Assembly (NCBI GenBank): GCA_048886685.1
Contig: JBHLKM010000002.1
Location: 263,532 to 327,531 of the forward strand
Direction of reading: 5' to 3'
DNA length: 64,000 bases
Source of the DNA: Candidatus Hodarchaeota archaeon
GTDB taxonomy: Archaea > Asgardarchaeota > Lokiarchaeia > Sigyniarchaeales > SOKP01
The notes under the pieces were generated by a model. It did no database searches, was not told where the DNA came from, and saw nothing but the letters and a program-made list of their open reading frames with translations. Positions within the stretch are counted from its first letter, which is position 1, and each line of letters opens with the position of its first letter. Shown piece by piece: positions 1-9,911 of the stretch. The position numbers and the translations under genes are program-made.

Positions 1-1959
1 GAAAAATCTTATTTTAATAAATTGAAATCTACAAGAGATGGAGTATTCTTATGCGGATTCTGTCAAGGTCCAATGGATATTCCAGAAACTGTTGCTGACG
101 CTAGTGGTGTAGCAGCTCAAATAGCTGATCTGTTAAATCCAGTAAAATATACTCAAATGAAAGAGAAAGTCTTTGTTCAAGAAAAAGAAATTAACATAAC
201 TGATGAACCAAGAATTGGTGTTATGGTTTGTCATTGTGGAATAAATATAGGAAACTATGTAGATGTCCCTAAAGTTGTAGAATATGTAAAAACTCTTCCA
301 AATGTAATTGTATGTGAAGATAATTTATATTCTTGTTCTTCAGATTCTCAAATTAGGATTAAAGAATTAATTGATGAACACAATTTAAATAGGTTTATTG
401 TTGCATCTTGCACTCCAAGAACTCATGAATCACTATTTCAAGAAACCTGTCAAGAAGCAGGACTAAATAAATATTTATTTGAACTTGTAAACATCAGAGA
501 TCAATGTTCTTGGGTTCATATGACAGAAAAAGAAGCTGCCACTGATAAAGCCATAGATTTAATTAGAATGCATATTGCAAAATCTAGATTACTAAGACCC
601 CAGAAAGAAGATAAAATTGATATTACTCACACAGCATTAGTTATTGGTGGTGGCATTTCTGGAATGACAGCTGCTTTAAATACAGCAAATCAAGGATTCA
701 AAACTATTATTGTTGAAAAAGAAAGTGAATTAGGGGGGAATTTAAGATTTCTAAATGTATTATATCCTGTTCATAAAAATGCGTTAGAATTATTAAATGA
801 AACAAAAGAAAAGATAGAGAAAAATCACAACATTCAGGTATTCCTAAATGCTGAAATTAAGAATATTAAAGGTTATGTTGGGAATTATGATGTTATGATA
901 AATGATTCTAATAGCGAAACTCATGAAGTAAAAATTGGTACTATAATTGTCGCTACTGGGGGGCAAGAACTTAAACCAATAGGCCTGTTTGGGTATGATG
1001 AGAAAAACAATAATGTAATGACTCAACTAGAGTTAGAACAGAAATTAAAAAGTCAAGATAAATCATGGCTAGATAAAATTAATCGAATAACCATAATTTT
1101 ATGCGTAAATGCTAGACAAAATGAAGGAATAACCTACTGTTCTAATATCTGTTGCTCAAATTCTATTAAAAATGTTCGGATACTAAAAGAAATAAAGCCA
1201 AAACTGGAGATCGTGGTGATTTATAGGGATATGCAAATGGCTAAGAAAGAATTTGAGGAATATTATCGTGAACGGAGAAAAGATGCCATTTTTTTAAGAT
1301 ACGATTTGGAGAATTTGCCCGAAGTAAAGAGGATTAAAGCAAGTTCAGAAAAATATAGTATTAAAGTATTTGATACAAATTTGAAAGATAATGTTGAATA
1401 TGAAACGGATTTAGTTGTCTTATCGACTCCTATGATCCCAGCTGATAATTTAAAGGAATTAGCAATGATGCTGAAAGTTCCATTGGACAAAAATGGATTC
1501 TTCTTAGAAGCACATGTTAAATTAAGACCATTAGATTTTGCTACGGATGGTATTTTTCTATGTGGATGTGCTCAATGGCCAAAGAATGTTCAAGATTCAA
1601 TTTCACAAGCTAATGGCGCTGCAGGAAGAGCAAGTAGGTTCCTAAGTGCTGATAAAATTACCACTTCCGGATTGGTTGCTGAAGTTTCAGAGGAAAAATG
1701 TATAGGGTGTGGTAAATGTGAAGATGTGTGTCCCTATAATGCAATAGAGCTTATAGGAAAAACGAAAGAATTTGAAGATTTTAACATTATGGTGAAAAAA
1801 TCGAATATAAACGCAGCAGTATGTAAAGGTTGTGGAACTTGTGCTGCTACTTGTCCAGTCGGAGCAATAATGGTAAAGCATTATGATTTTGACCAGATAT
1901 CTACGATGATTGATTCCTATTTACTTGATAAAGTCAAAATTAATTCTAAAGGTGAATAA
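1..1959 (+). CDS. hdrA: Heterodisulfide reductase subunit A-like flavoprotein (large HdrA, C-terminal part; 5' end outside window)
   Basis: Frame open from base 1. CHCGINIG, ASCTPRTHE, NIRDQCSWVH, GGGISG FAD motif, YCSNICC, EAHVKLRP, two C-terminal CxxCxxCxxxCP motifs. Confidence 0.95.
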   Translation, partial: EKSYFNKLKSTRDGVFLCGFCQGPMDIPETVADASGVAAQIADLLNPVKYTQMKEKVFVQEKEINITDEPRIGVMVCHCGINIGNYVDVPKVVEYVKTLPNVIVCEDNLYSCSSDSQIRIKELIDEHNLNRFIVASCTPRTHESLFQETCQEAGLNKYLFELVNIRDQCSWVHMTEKEAATDKAIDLIRMHIAKSRLLRPQKEDKIDITHTALVIGGGISGMTAALNTANQGFKTIIVEKESELGGNLRFLNVLYPVHKNALELLNETKEKIEKNHNIQVFLNAEIKNIKGYVGNYDVMINDSNSETHEVKIGTIIVATGGQELKPIGLFGYDEKNNNVMTQLELEQKLKSQDKSWLDKINRITIILCVNARQNEGITYCSNICCSNSIKNVRILKEIKPKLEIVVIYRDMQMAKKEFEEYYRERRKDAIFLRYDLENLPEVKRIKASSEKYSIKVFDTNLKDNVEYETDLVVLSTPMIPADNLKELAMMLKVPLDKNGFFLEAHVKLRPLDFATDGIFLCGCAQWPKNVQDSISQANGAAGRASRFLSADKITTSGLVAEVSEEKCIGCGKCEDVCPYNAIELIGKTKEFEDFNIMVKKSNINAAVCKGCGTCAATCPVGAIMVKHYDFDQISTMIDSYLLDKVKINSKGE

Positions 1960-1962
1960 AAG

Positions 1963-2397
1963 ATGTCAAAATCCAAACAAAAAATAAAAGAAGGAAAATT
2001 TGAGCCGAATATTTTAGTTTTTTGCTGTAATTGGTGTAGTTATGCTGGAGCAGATTTAGCAGGAGTTTCACGATTTCAATATCCTCCAAATATTCGAATA
2101 ATAAGAGTTATGTGTTCTGGACGAGTAGATCCATCATTCGTTTTAAAAGCATTAAAAAATGGTGCTGATGGAGTTCTCGTGAGCGGATGTCATATAGGAG
2201 ATTGTCATTACATTTCTGGAAATGAATATACTAAAGAAAGATTTGAAAAATTACACAGTATTTTAATTACTCAATTAGGGATAGATCCAAAGCGGGTACG
2301 CTTAGAATGGGTAAGTGCTTCTGAAGGTAAGCGATTTGCTGATGTTATAACTGAATTTACAAATCAAATCAAAGAACTAGGTCCCTTCAAACATTAG
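1963..2397 (+). CDS. mvhD: Methyl-viologen-reducing hydrogenase subunit D ([2Fe-2S]), all-Cys form
   Basis: FCCNWCSYAGADLAG, VMCSGRVDP, GCHIGDCHY, WVSASEG; directly after hdrA. Confidence 0.95.
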   Translation: MSKSKQKIKEGKFEPNILVFCCNWCSYAGADLAGVSRFQYPPNIRIIRVMCSGRVDPSFVLKALKNGADGVLVSGCHIGDCHYISGNEYTKERFEKLHSILITQLGIDPKRVRLEWVSASEGKRFADVITEFTNQIKELGPFKH

Positions 2398-2619
2398 GAT
2401 CTTTAATGCTTCATCAATAGACAAGTGCTTTAACTTATCTGCCTTCTGAAAATGTTTCTTACAAAACCATTCTGCATAGGGGGGATGTCCTACACCTTCT
2501 ATTTCCTCCATCCTTTTTTCCCATTCTCTATCAGACTGACGTTTTTTAAAATAGACTAAACCCCCATCATCCGTTTCTTCTAATTCTTTATCACATATCC
2601 TACATATTGGAGGTTTCAT
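2377..2619 (-). CDS. Small putative zinc-binding protein
   Basis: CRIC near the N-terminus and WFCKKH further along; ATG start. Confidence 0.6.
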   Translation of the reverse strand: MKPPICRICDKELEETDDGGLVYFKKRQSDREWEKRMEEIEGVGHPPYAEWFCKKHFQKADKLKHLSIDEALKILMFEGT

Positions 2620-2703
2620 AATTCTACTATTCTTTGTTTAAGTTTAAATCTTTATGCTAAAGCATATAATTAAAAAAAAATTATAAAAATTTATGATTTA
2701 GTA

Positions 2704-3717
2704 TTGAAAATTGAAATTCTATTGAGGAGAAAAATTATTAAAGCAGCAGTTTTTGAAGATATTTACAAAATTGTGTACCGAGAAGATTATCCGAAACCAA
2801 CTCTTGGTTCTGACGATGTGTTAATTAGAGTTCATTACTGTGGTATTTGTGGGTCGGATATAACTAATTTTAAATATAAAATGTTTCAGGTTCCTTTAGT
2901 AATGGGTCATGAGATATCAGGAGAAGTAATCGAAATAGGAGAGAATGTTTCTGAAGTAAAATTAGGTGATAAGGTAGGATGTTTTACTGTGTTGCTGGAT
3001 ATTAGTGAGGGCAACCTAAAAGGATTAGGAACATTTCAGGATGGTGGATTTGCAGAATATGTTAAAGTTCCAAAGGAATGGGTCTTTAAAATTCCGTTAA
3101 AAATATCAATGAAAGAAGCAGTTTTGATTGAAACCTTCTCATTAGCGGTTAGAGCTTTTAAACTCTCAAGAATTAAAAAAGGGGAAAATATATTAATATT
3201 TGGAGGAGGTAGTGTGGGTTTAACAACCTTAAAAGCTTTATTACTTCTGAAAGATCCAAACTACATAGTTGTAGTTGAGCCTCAAGAATTTCTAAGAAAT
3301 AAAGCAATACAAATTGGAGCAACTGATGCAGTAGCTCCAAGAAGAGCAAAAATAAAAAGAGCGATCAAAAATCTAGGAGAACCTTCTTTTATTTTTGATT
3401 GTGTTGGCAATCAGGAAACATTATCTGATTCAATTTTTTTAATAAAAAGAGGAGGTACTATTATACTTGAGGGAATCCATAAGGGGAGTATTCCGTTTCC
3501 CTTCTTTATGATAAATTCTAAAGAAGTTACTTTAAAAGGATGTTTAGGTCATGATCGAGACGATATTTTAGCAGCTATTGAAATGTTTATTAATTTTAAA
3601 ATAAATGCCAACGATTTTATCTCCGAAATAATTCCCTTAAAAGCGGCCCAAAAAGCGTTTGAAAAATTTATTGGATCAAATGAAAGAGATTTTGTTAAGA
3701 TTCTTTTAGAAATTTGA
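2704..3717 (+). CDS. Zinc-dependent medium-chain alcohol dehydrogenase (threonine/sorbitol DH-like)
   Basis: GICGSD, GHEISG, GGGSVG Rossmann motif; the structural-Zn Cys cluster is absent. True start may be ATT at 2737 (see findings). Confidence 0.9.
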   Translation: MKIEILLRRKIIKAAVFEDIYKIVYREDYPKPTLGSDDVLIRVHYCGICGSDITNFKYKMFQVPLVMGHEISGEVIEIGENVSEVKLGDKVGCFTVLLDISEGNLKGLGTFQDGGFAEYVKVPKEWVFKIPLKISMKEAVLIETFSLAVRAFKLSRIKKGENILIFGGGSVGLTTLKALLLLKDPNYIVVVEPQEFLRNKAIQIGATDAVAPRRAKIKRAIKNLGEPSFIFDCVGNQETLSDSIFLIKRGGTIILEGIHKGSIPFPFFMINSKEVTLKGCLGHDRDDILAAIEMFINFKINANDFISEIIPLKAAQKAFEKFIGSNERDFVKILLEI

Positions 3718-3735
3718 AAATGGTACATTATAAGT

Positions 3736-4233
3736 ATGAAAGATGAGAACACCCAGTTGAAAGATATCAAAGCAATATCCTTACGGAGAATTACTAGGCG
3801 TAATTATCGTAAAATTATTGGATTGAAGGTAAAACCAGAACAGAAGACTTTAATTTCTTCTAATGCCGTATCAATGGCAGATGCCTACTTTTACAGGGAA
3901 GCATGGATGCGTGCAATATATTTAGGCGATATCCCTATAGGATTTGTAATGCTTGGAGATAACTATTTGAAATATAAGTTTATTAAACATTTTAAACCTT
4001 ATCTATATATCTGGAGATTTATGATTGCTGATGAATATCAAAGAAAGGGATATGGCAAAAAAGCAATGCAAAGGATTATTGAATATGTGAAATCTAAATA
4101 TAATGCGAAAGAATTGATTGCCTATACATTACCAAAGAATAAAAATGCTCTTGAATTTTATAAAAAATTAGGTTTTAAACCAACAGGCAGGAAATTACCA
4201 GTTGGGGACCTTGAACTTCTATTAGAGTTATAA
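3736..4233 (+). CDS. GNAT acetyltransferase (spermidine N-acetyltransferase-like)
   Basis: IWRFMIADEYQRKGYG acetyl-CoA motif; ALEFYKKLGF. Confidence 0.85.
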   Translation: MKDENTQLKDIKAISLRRITRRNYRKIIGLKVKPEQKTLISSNAVSMADAYFYREAWMRAIYLGDIPIGFVMLGDNYLKYKFIKHFKPYLYIWRFMIADEYQRKGYGKKAMQRIIEYVKSKYNAKELIAYTLPKNKNALEFYKKLGFKPTGRKLPVGDLELLLEL

Positions 4234-4311
4234 TTTCTTAATTATTCTAAATACTTATATCTCTAAGAGACTTTTAAAAATATAATCAAGAAATTATTAG
4301 TTAGCATATTA

Positions 4312-5268
4312 ATGTCATTTCAGGGAATAGAAGAAGCATATAGTAAAATTAGCGGTGTCGTAAATAAGACACCAGTAATGACTTCAAGAACATTAAATTC
4401 AAAATTAAAAGCAGTAATATTTTTTAAATGTGAAAATTTTCAAAGAGTTGGCGCGTTTAAATTTCGAGGGGCATATAATGCATTAAACTTACTTTCAAAG
4501 GAAGAGAAGAAGCGAGGTGTTATTACCCACTCCAGTGGTAATCATGCTCAAGCTGTTGCACTTGCTGCTTCGATATTAGGAATTCAGGCTACAATTGTAA
4601 TGCCAAAAGGAGCTCCTACTAATAAAATTAATGCTACTAAAGATTATGGCGCCCAAATTGTATTTTGTGATAACACACTAGAATCTAGAACTCAAACTAC
4701 GGAAAAGTTAATCGAACAATATCAATATATTCTAATTCATCCATATGATGATTATAATGTAATATACGGGCAAGGAACAGCAGCATATGAATTAATAAAA
4801 GAAATCGGAGAACTTGATATAGCTATTGCTCCTCTAGGTGGGGGGGGATTATTGAGTGGTTCGGCTCTTGCGACTAGAGAATTATGCCCACATGCTCAAA
4901 TTTTTGGTGTTGAACCTTCAATGGCAGATGACGCTTACAGATCAATTCAAGCTGGGCATATAATACCAAGTAATTATCCAAATACAATTGCTGATGGATT
5001 ACGTACATCGATTTGTGAGAAGACATTCAAAATAATTCGAAAACTTGTTAATCAAATTGTAACAGTTTCTGAAACTGAAATCATTGACGCGATGAGATTT
5101 CTCTGGCAACGGATGAAAATTATAGTAGAACCCTCCGGAGTAGTTCCCTTATCAGCATTACTTTCAAAAAAGATAAATGTAGAAGGTAAAAGAGTAGGAC
5201 TAATTATAAGTGGGGGCAATATTGATATAGAACCCTTTTTCAAACTATTAGAAAAAAGAGTGTGTTAA
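4312..5268 (+). CDS. PLP-dependent threonine/serine dehydratase (serine racemase-like, no regulatory domain)
   Basis: KCENFQRVGAFKFRGA, SSGNHAQ, LGGGGL, SGGNID. Confidence 0.92.
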   Translation: MSFQGIEEAYSKISGVVNKTPVMTSRTLNSKLKAVIFFKCENFQRVGAFKFRGAYNALNLLSKEEKKRGVITHSSGNHAQAVALAASILGIQATIVMPKGAPTNKINATKDYGAQIVFCDNTLESRTQTTEKLIEQYQYILIHPYDDYNVIYGQGTAAYELIKEIGELDIAIAPLGGGGLLSGSALATRELCPHAQIFGVEPSMADDAYRSIQAGHIIPSNYPNTIADGLRTSICEKTFKIIRKLVNQIVTVSETEIIDAMRFLWQRMKIIVEPSGVVPLSALLSKKINVEGKRVGLIISGGNIDIEPFFKLLEKRVC

Positions 5269-6545
5269 TGATGATTGAATCTCTCAATAAATTATTTAAT
5301 GATATTGAACTCTCATGGATTGACACCTATAAGGACATAACAGATTCAATGGAATTTACCCAGTTAGTATCAATATTTCCCAATTTAGAAAACAGTTTTC
5401 AAGAAGGAAGGGATAAAGATAACGATGAATACCATAGAACAATACGTCATATCTTTAGACTCTTCAAAATATATTTTCTAATAAAAAATGGAGAGTTCTC
5501 GCATGAAACTCTTTCACAAGAATCATTAAACATAATTAGAGAGAAACTATTAATTCAACATTCTCAAAACGAATTAGTCGTTCCAATCATTTTAATGTAT
5601 CATGATATTGGTCGATTGGACAATAAAAAAGAACATCCTTATTATAGTTATTCAATAATTTCAAAAAAAAACTTGCTTGAACGATATAATCTCTCAGGAA
5701 TTGATAAATTACTTATTAATAAGGTTATTCAATATCATTTGTTATTCGCTACTATTTATACCGGTGAATCTTCTTTTTATGGTGTCTATTCACTCCTAAA
5801 TGATACTGAATTTAAAAAATTATTAACCGATAAAAAAAGTATTGATAGATTCATTGATTTATTAGAAATTTTTACTTATATTGATATATTGGGTTATTCT
5901 TATGCACATATTTATGATCACTATATACAATATTATAACGAAATTAATAATAAACTTAAAACCATCTTAAATTTATGGCCTGATGAAGAAAAAGCTTTAA
6001 AAAAAGCTTTAGAATATTCTCTAGATTGGTTAGATTGGAGAATTGCAGGAGCTCTTCGAATTTTTCAATATGTTAATACTAAACCATACTTAACAAAAAA
6101 TTTCTATTTTAAAAAAATCCAAGAAAGTAATAGTAAAGATAGAGATAAAATTATTAATGTTACTGGTTGGAATGAACTAAAAGAACAGTACTTGACAAAC
6201 TCTTCGAAAATTCAATTGAAATATGGCCTCGCTATATTAATGCTACTTGCGTTTGGAAAATTTTTTAGAGGGCCAATTAAAGAAGAGGAAACAATCTCAA
6301 GTAATCTTATTTTATTTTGGATTTTATTATCAGAAGAAATCACCAGAAGATCATCTGAAGAAAAGGAATATCTATGGAACGTTCATTTTATAGGCCTACC
6401 TAATTGGTGGAAATGGGATAGAAAATTCAAAAAGGAACTTAATTATCATACCCTTAAGGATCTTTTCAAAGACGCTACACACGACGTTGATACCATTAAA
6501 AAAGAATTTAATTTATATTTGGATTTTACTTCAGTATTCAATTAA
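5262..6545 (+). CDS. HD-domain-like hypothetical protein
   Basis: TIRH...YHDIGR...EHP...YH...IDILG pattern of HD phosphohydrolases; 427 aa. Confidence 0.6.
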   Translation: MLMMIESLNKLFNDIELSWIDTYKDITDSMEFTQLVSIFPNLENSFQEGRDKDNDEYHRTIRHIFRLFKIYFLIKNGEFSHETLSQESLNIIREKLLIQHSQNELVVPIILMYHDIGRLDNKKEHPYYSYSIISKKNLLERYNLSGIDKLLINKVIQYHLLFATIYTGESSFYGVYSLLNDTEFKKLLTDKKSIDRFIDLLEIFTYIDILGYSYAHIYDHYIQYYNEINNKLKTILNLWPDEEKALKKALEYSLDWLDWRIAGALRIFQYVNTKPYLTKNFYFKKIQESNSKDRDKIINVTGWNELKEQYLTNSSKIQLKYGLAILMLLAFGKFFRGPIKEEETISSNLILFWILLSEEITRRSSEEKEYLWNVHFIGLPNWWKWDRKFKKELNYHTLKDLFKDATHDVDTIKKEFNLYLDFTSVFN

Positions 6546-6888
6546 AAGAAATCTGGAAAGATTGAATCAATCCCATTTTGAGTAATAGACTTCTTGTTAT
6601 ATATTTCAATATCACATTAGTTTTAAAAGAAATTAGTCTGAAGTTATTTTAATTATTATTCATATTCAATAAATCAAAATTAATGGTGTTTTATTAGAAA
6701 TTTGGTGAAAACTTTTTTGTCAAATGAAATATTTGATAAAATCTTTGTTTCTTTTAATAACACGTACTAGCATTTTAAAGAGTACTTTAAAATCTTTAGA
6801 ATAACTTAAAAAATCATAGCTATATTTAGCTACCAATTGGGGTTAACTTTCAACAATTAATATAATATTTAAATTAGGAGTATTTTAC

Positions 6889-7491
6889 ATGGGGAAATTA
6901 TCTCAATTCTTAAATAGATTAAAGAAATCAAGAAAATTAGTTCGAATGACTATTGTAGGGGATGGAGCAGTCGGAAAGACAACATTAGTACAAGCTTTAA
7001 TACAAAAAACAACGCGTCATGTTAATAACTCTAATGGGGGTGAAGTTCTAGATAATAAAGAGATCACTCGCACATCTTTTATGGAAATAGAATCTTGGGC
7101 ATATAAAGATTTACGATTTCAGTGTTATGATTTAGCGGGGCAAAGAACTCCTGGCACACATCCCTTAGATATCATAAAAGATCAAGTGATTAAATCTATT
7201 GATATTTATATCTTTGTCTTTTCAGTTGACAGATACGAATCATTTGAGAATCTGAATAGTTGGAAAGAATTAATGAACCTTAGTAATGAATTTAAAAATG
7301 GACAGGTAGGTTTAATTCTTGTAGGAAACAAAATAGATTTAGAAAGAAATATATCAGATGAATTGATCAAGTCTGTAGTTGGAAAAAAGAAATATTTTCA
7401 AAAATACATAGAAACTTGCTGTTTAGATGGAAGAGGTATTCATAAATTATTAGATGAGATTACGCATATGGGTAAAAAACTCCTTAGATAA
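6889..7491 (+). CDS. Ras/Rab-like small GTPase
   Basis: G1 GDGAVGKTT, G3 DLAGQ, G4 NKID, G5-like ETCC. Confidence 0.9.
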   Translation: MGKLSQFLNRLKKSRKLVRMTIVGDGAVGKTTLVQALIQKTTRHVNNSNGGEVLDNKEITRTSFMEIESWAYKDLRFQCYDLAGQRTPGTHPLDIIKDQVIKSIDIYIFVFSVDRYESFENLNSWKELMNLSNEFKNGQVGLILVGNKIDLERNISDELIKSVVGKKKYFQKYIETCCLDGRGIHKLLDEITHMGKKLLR

Positions 7492-7555
7492 TATAGAAAA
7501 AGGAGTTCTGTGAATGAATGGTAACTCTCATTTTCAATTGAGATGAGGTGTTAAA

Positions 7556-9784
7556 ATGACTGAGATTAATTGTAAAATATGTGATAAAAAGATCCATTTT
7601 AACCACGTTAATCCTAATACCTACATCCATAAGTCTGAGTCAGGCAACCCAATGATAGGAAAGCTTTATACAATTCGGGTAGGACACTCTACTGAATCAG
7701 ATTCTTTACATGTCAACGTCGTTGTAGTTGATGAAAAAGGAGAATATCGTGCTCATAAAGATTATTATGAAGAAAAAAAAAGTGGAAAAGGAGCTCCTGA
7801 TCTATGGAACACCTTTCAACGTCTTGTTCCTCTAGAGCTGCGGGTTTATTTATCGTTAGCAAATGAAGAAGAAATAAATATTCTTACCTCTATAAAGGGG
7901 ATACAAAAAAAAAATATTAGTGAATGGTATGAGTATTTAATTGACCTAAGAAATAATAATCCTCAAAGTCAATTACTTTCATTCTTAGCAGTTAAATGGG
8001 GATTTATAATTGGAAAAGGTAAAGAACTTCTAGATTTTAGATATAATCCTAGTTCTTGGAGTTATCCCATATATTTACGATTACAAGCAAGGTTTGCACC
8101 CTCATCAGAGCTAATCTTAATCGCTAAAAGAATTAACTTCAAGTTTGCTCCCCCAATTATTCAATTAGAAGCTGCCATTGCAAAAGCTGAAGTCTTCCTT
8201 CGTTTAAGTGCTTATGATCTTTTAGAAAAATTATATGATAATTGTCAAGCGGAATGGGGTGACCAAACTTCTATAGAAATGAAATCAGGATTAATGCTTT
8301 TGCAAGGGTATTATGGCTTCAGATTATATTTTCTTGGTAGGATTAATGAAGCTATAGAAGTTATAGAACCAGTTTTTAATTTCGGACAATTATTAGATAA
8401 TCGAGAAATCATAAGTGTTGTAGGAAATTTTTATGCTGCTGTTAATCAATCTAGTGGAGATTTAGAAAAAGCTTTAGAAATCTTTGAAATTGTATTAAAA
8501 GTCAGCGAAGAAATGGGAGATGAAAGAACTCATGCCGTTATTTCTTCGAATATGTCAGTTCTTGAATCCAAACAAGGATTGTATGATCAAGCTCTAAAAC
8601 GTCAGCAAGCTATATTAGAATTACCAATTGTACAAGAAGAATTTTTTATAAGAAGTTCTTTATTGAGTATTATTGCCGAGACACTATTTATTTCGGAACG
8701 ATATGATGAATCAAAAGAATTATGCCAAAAAGTTCTTTCAGAAGAAAATGTGCCTTCCTATTATAAACTTGATCTACTCTCTACTCTAAAAAGAATTGCT
8801 GGTAAAACAGATTCTCTTGAACTACTAGAATTTGTACGAAATAACTTACCAAATGATACAGATTTCTTAGATTCCCCGGTAGGCAATATCTTTATGCATG
8901 ATCTAGAAGCTATCGAAGGAGAATTACGTGGTAATTGGTCAGAATTGATTACTCATCTGAATGAAGAAAGAGAAATTATGTTTTTGAACCAAATTGTAGA
9001 AGATGCAAGTGATATTGAAATTAGGTTAGCTGAAGGATATTTTAAATATTACCAAGAGACGGGGAATCTAGAGCATTTAAATCATGCTTACAATCATTTG
9101 GATTTAGCAAAAACTATTGCAATTGAAAATCAAAGCTATTTAGATCTTTGTAGATTGGTTTTACTCAAAGGATTATTAGCAGCTGAAAGTAACTTGCCTG
9201 AACAAGCAAAATTGTACTTCGAAGAAGCATTAAAAACAGCACATGAATTCAATTTATCAAGTCTTGAAAAAGATATAAAGTTAAATTTGGGACAATTAAA
9301 TGCGGGAGTAATAGAAAAATCTGCAGATTCTATCTTAAGAAGAATGTTTCAAAGATTAACATTCAGAAAATCTGAGGAGACAAAAACAAAAAAGAAAAGT
9401 ATTGTACAAACAATTTATATAGAAACACAAGATTCTGCTTGGGAATTAATTTTACAAAATGTAAAGAGTGGATCTCCCCAAAATGCTAATTATCTCATAG
9501 GATTTCATGATCTATGGAATAATGTGAGGAAATATGTATTACAACAGCAAGTAAATTATTTTACTGTAAGTAACGGTGCTGTTTTAATTGAAAATTCAAC
9601 TCACTTTCAATTGATTGCTTTATGTGATCAATTAGACTATTTAACCAGATTAACTCTTCAGAACCTCCTACCAGCACTCGAAGATTTTTCTTTTAGACAT
9701 ATTCCAGAAGAATTAGAAGAAGAGACGCTAAAAATACTAAGTTCCAGTATCGGTAAATTCATCAAAGTCGATAAAAATCAATAG
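7556..9784 (+). CDS. TPR/alpha-solenoid protein with N-terminal CxxC domain and small C-terminal alpha/beta domain
   Basis: TPR-like helices (GDLEKALEIFEIVLKVSEEMGD; GLYDQALK; EQAKLYFEEALK); GAGGTG SD; follows the GTPase. Confidence 0.7.
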   Translation: MTEINCKICDKKIHFNHVNPNTYIHKSESGNPMIGKLYTIRVGHSTESDSLHVNVVVVDEKGEYRAHKDYYEEKKSGKGAPDLWNTFQRLVPLELRVYLSLANEEEINILTSIKGIQKKNISEWYEYLIDLRNNNPQSQLLSFLAVKWGFIIGKGKELLDFRYNPSSWSYPIYLRLQARFAPSSELILIAKRINFKFAPPIIQLEAAIAKAEVFLRLSAYDLLEKLYDNCQAEWGDQTSIEMKSGLMLLQGYYGFRLYFLGRINEAIEVIEPVFNFGQLLDNREIISVVGNFYAAVNQSSGDLEKALEIFEIVLKVSEEMGDERTHAVISSNMSVLESKQGLYDQALKRQQAILELPIVQEEFFIRSSLLSIIAETLFISERYDESKELCQKVLSEENVPSYYKLDLLSTLKRIAGKTDSLELLEFVRNNLPNDTDFLDSPVGNIFMHDLEAIEGELRGNWSELITHLNEEREIMFLNQIVEDASDIEIRLAEGYFKYYQETGNLEHLNHAYNHLDLAKTIAIENQSYLDLCRLVLLKGLLAAESNLPEQAKLYFEEALKTAHEFNLSSLEKDIKLNLGQLNAGVIEKSADSILRRMFQRLTFRKSEETKTKKKSIVQTIYIETQDSAWELILQNVKSGSPQNANYLIGFHDLWNNVRKYVLQQQVNYFTVSNGAVLIENSTHFQLIALCDQLDYLTRLTLQNLLPALEDFSFRHIPEELEEETLKILSSSIGKFIKVDKNQ

Positions 9785-9911
9785 GTAATAAAAATCTAAA
9801 ATTTTCTCTTTTTTGACAAAATAAAAATTAGCAAAATAAAAATTATTATAAGATGAAGTTCAAGTATTATTATTCAAATTATCCATATTAATACTCTCGA
9901 TTGAAGCAGAT

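Noticed and set aside
1963-2397. Sec forms of MvhD (VhuD) or a separate VhuU peptide
   Set aside because: Both mvhD genes, the fused MvhD and mvhA use Cys codons throughout; no in-frame TGA was found.
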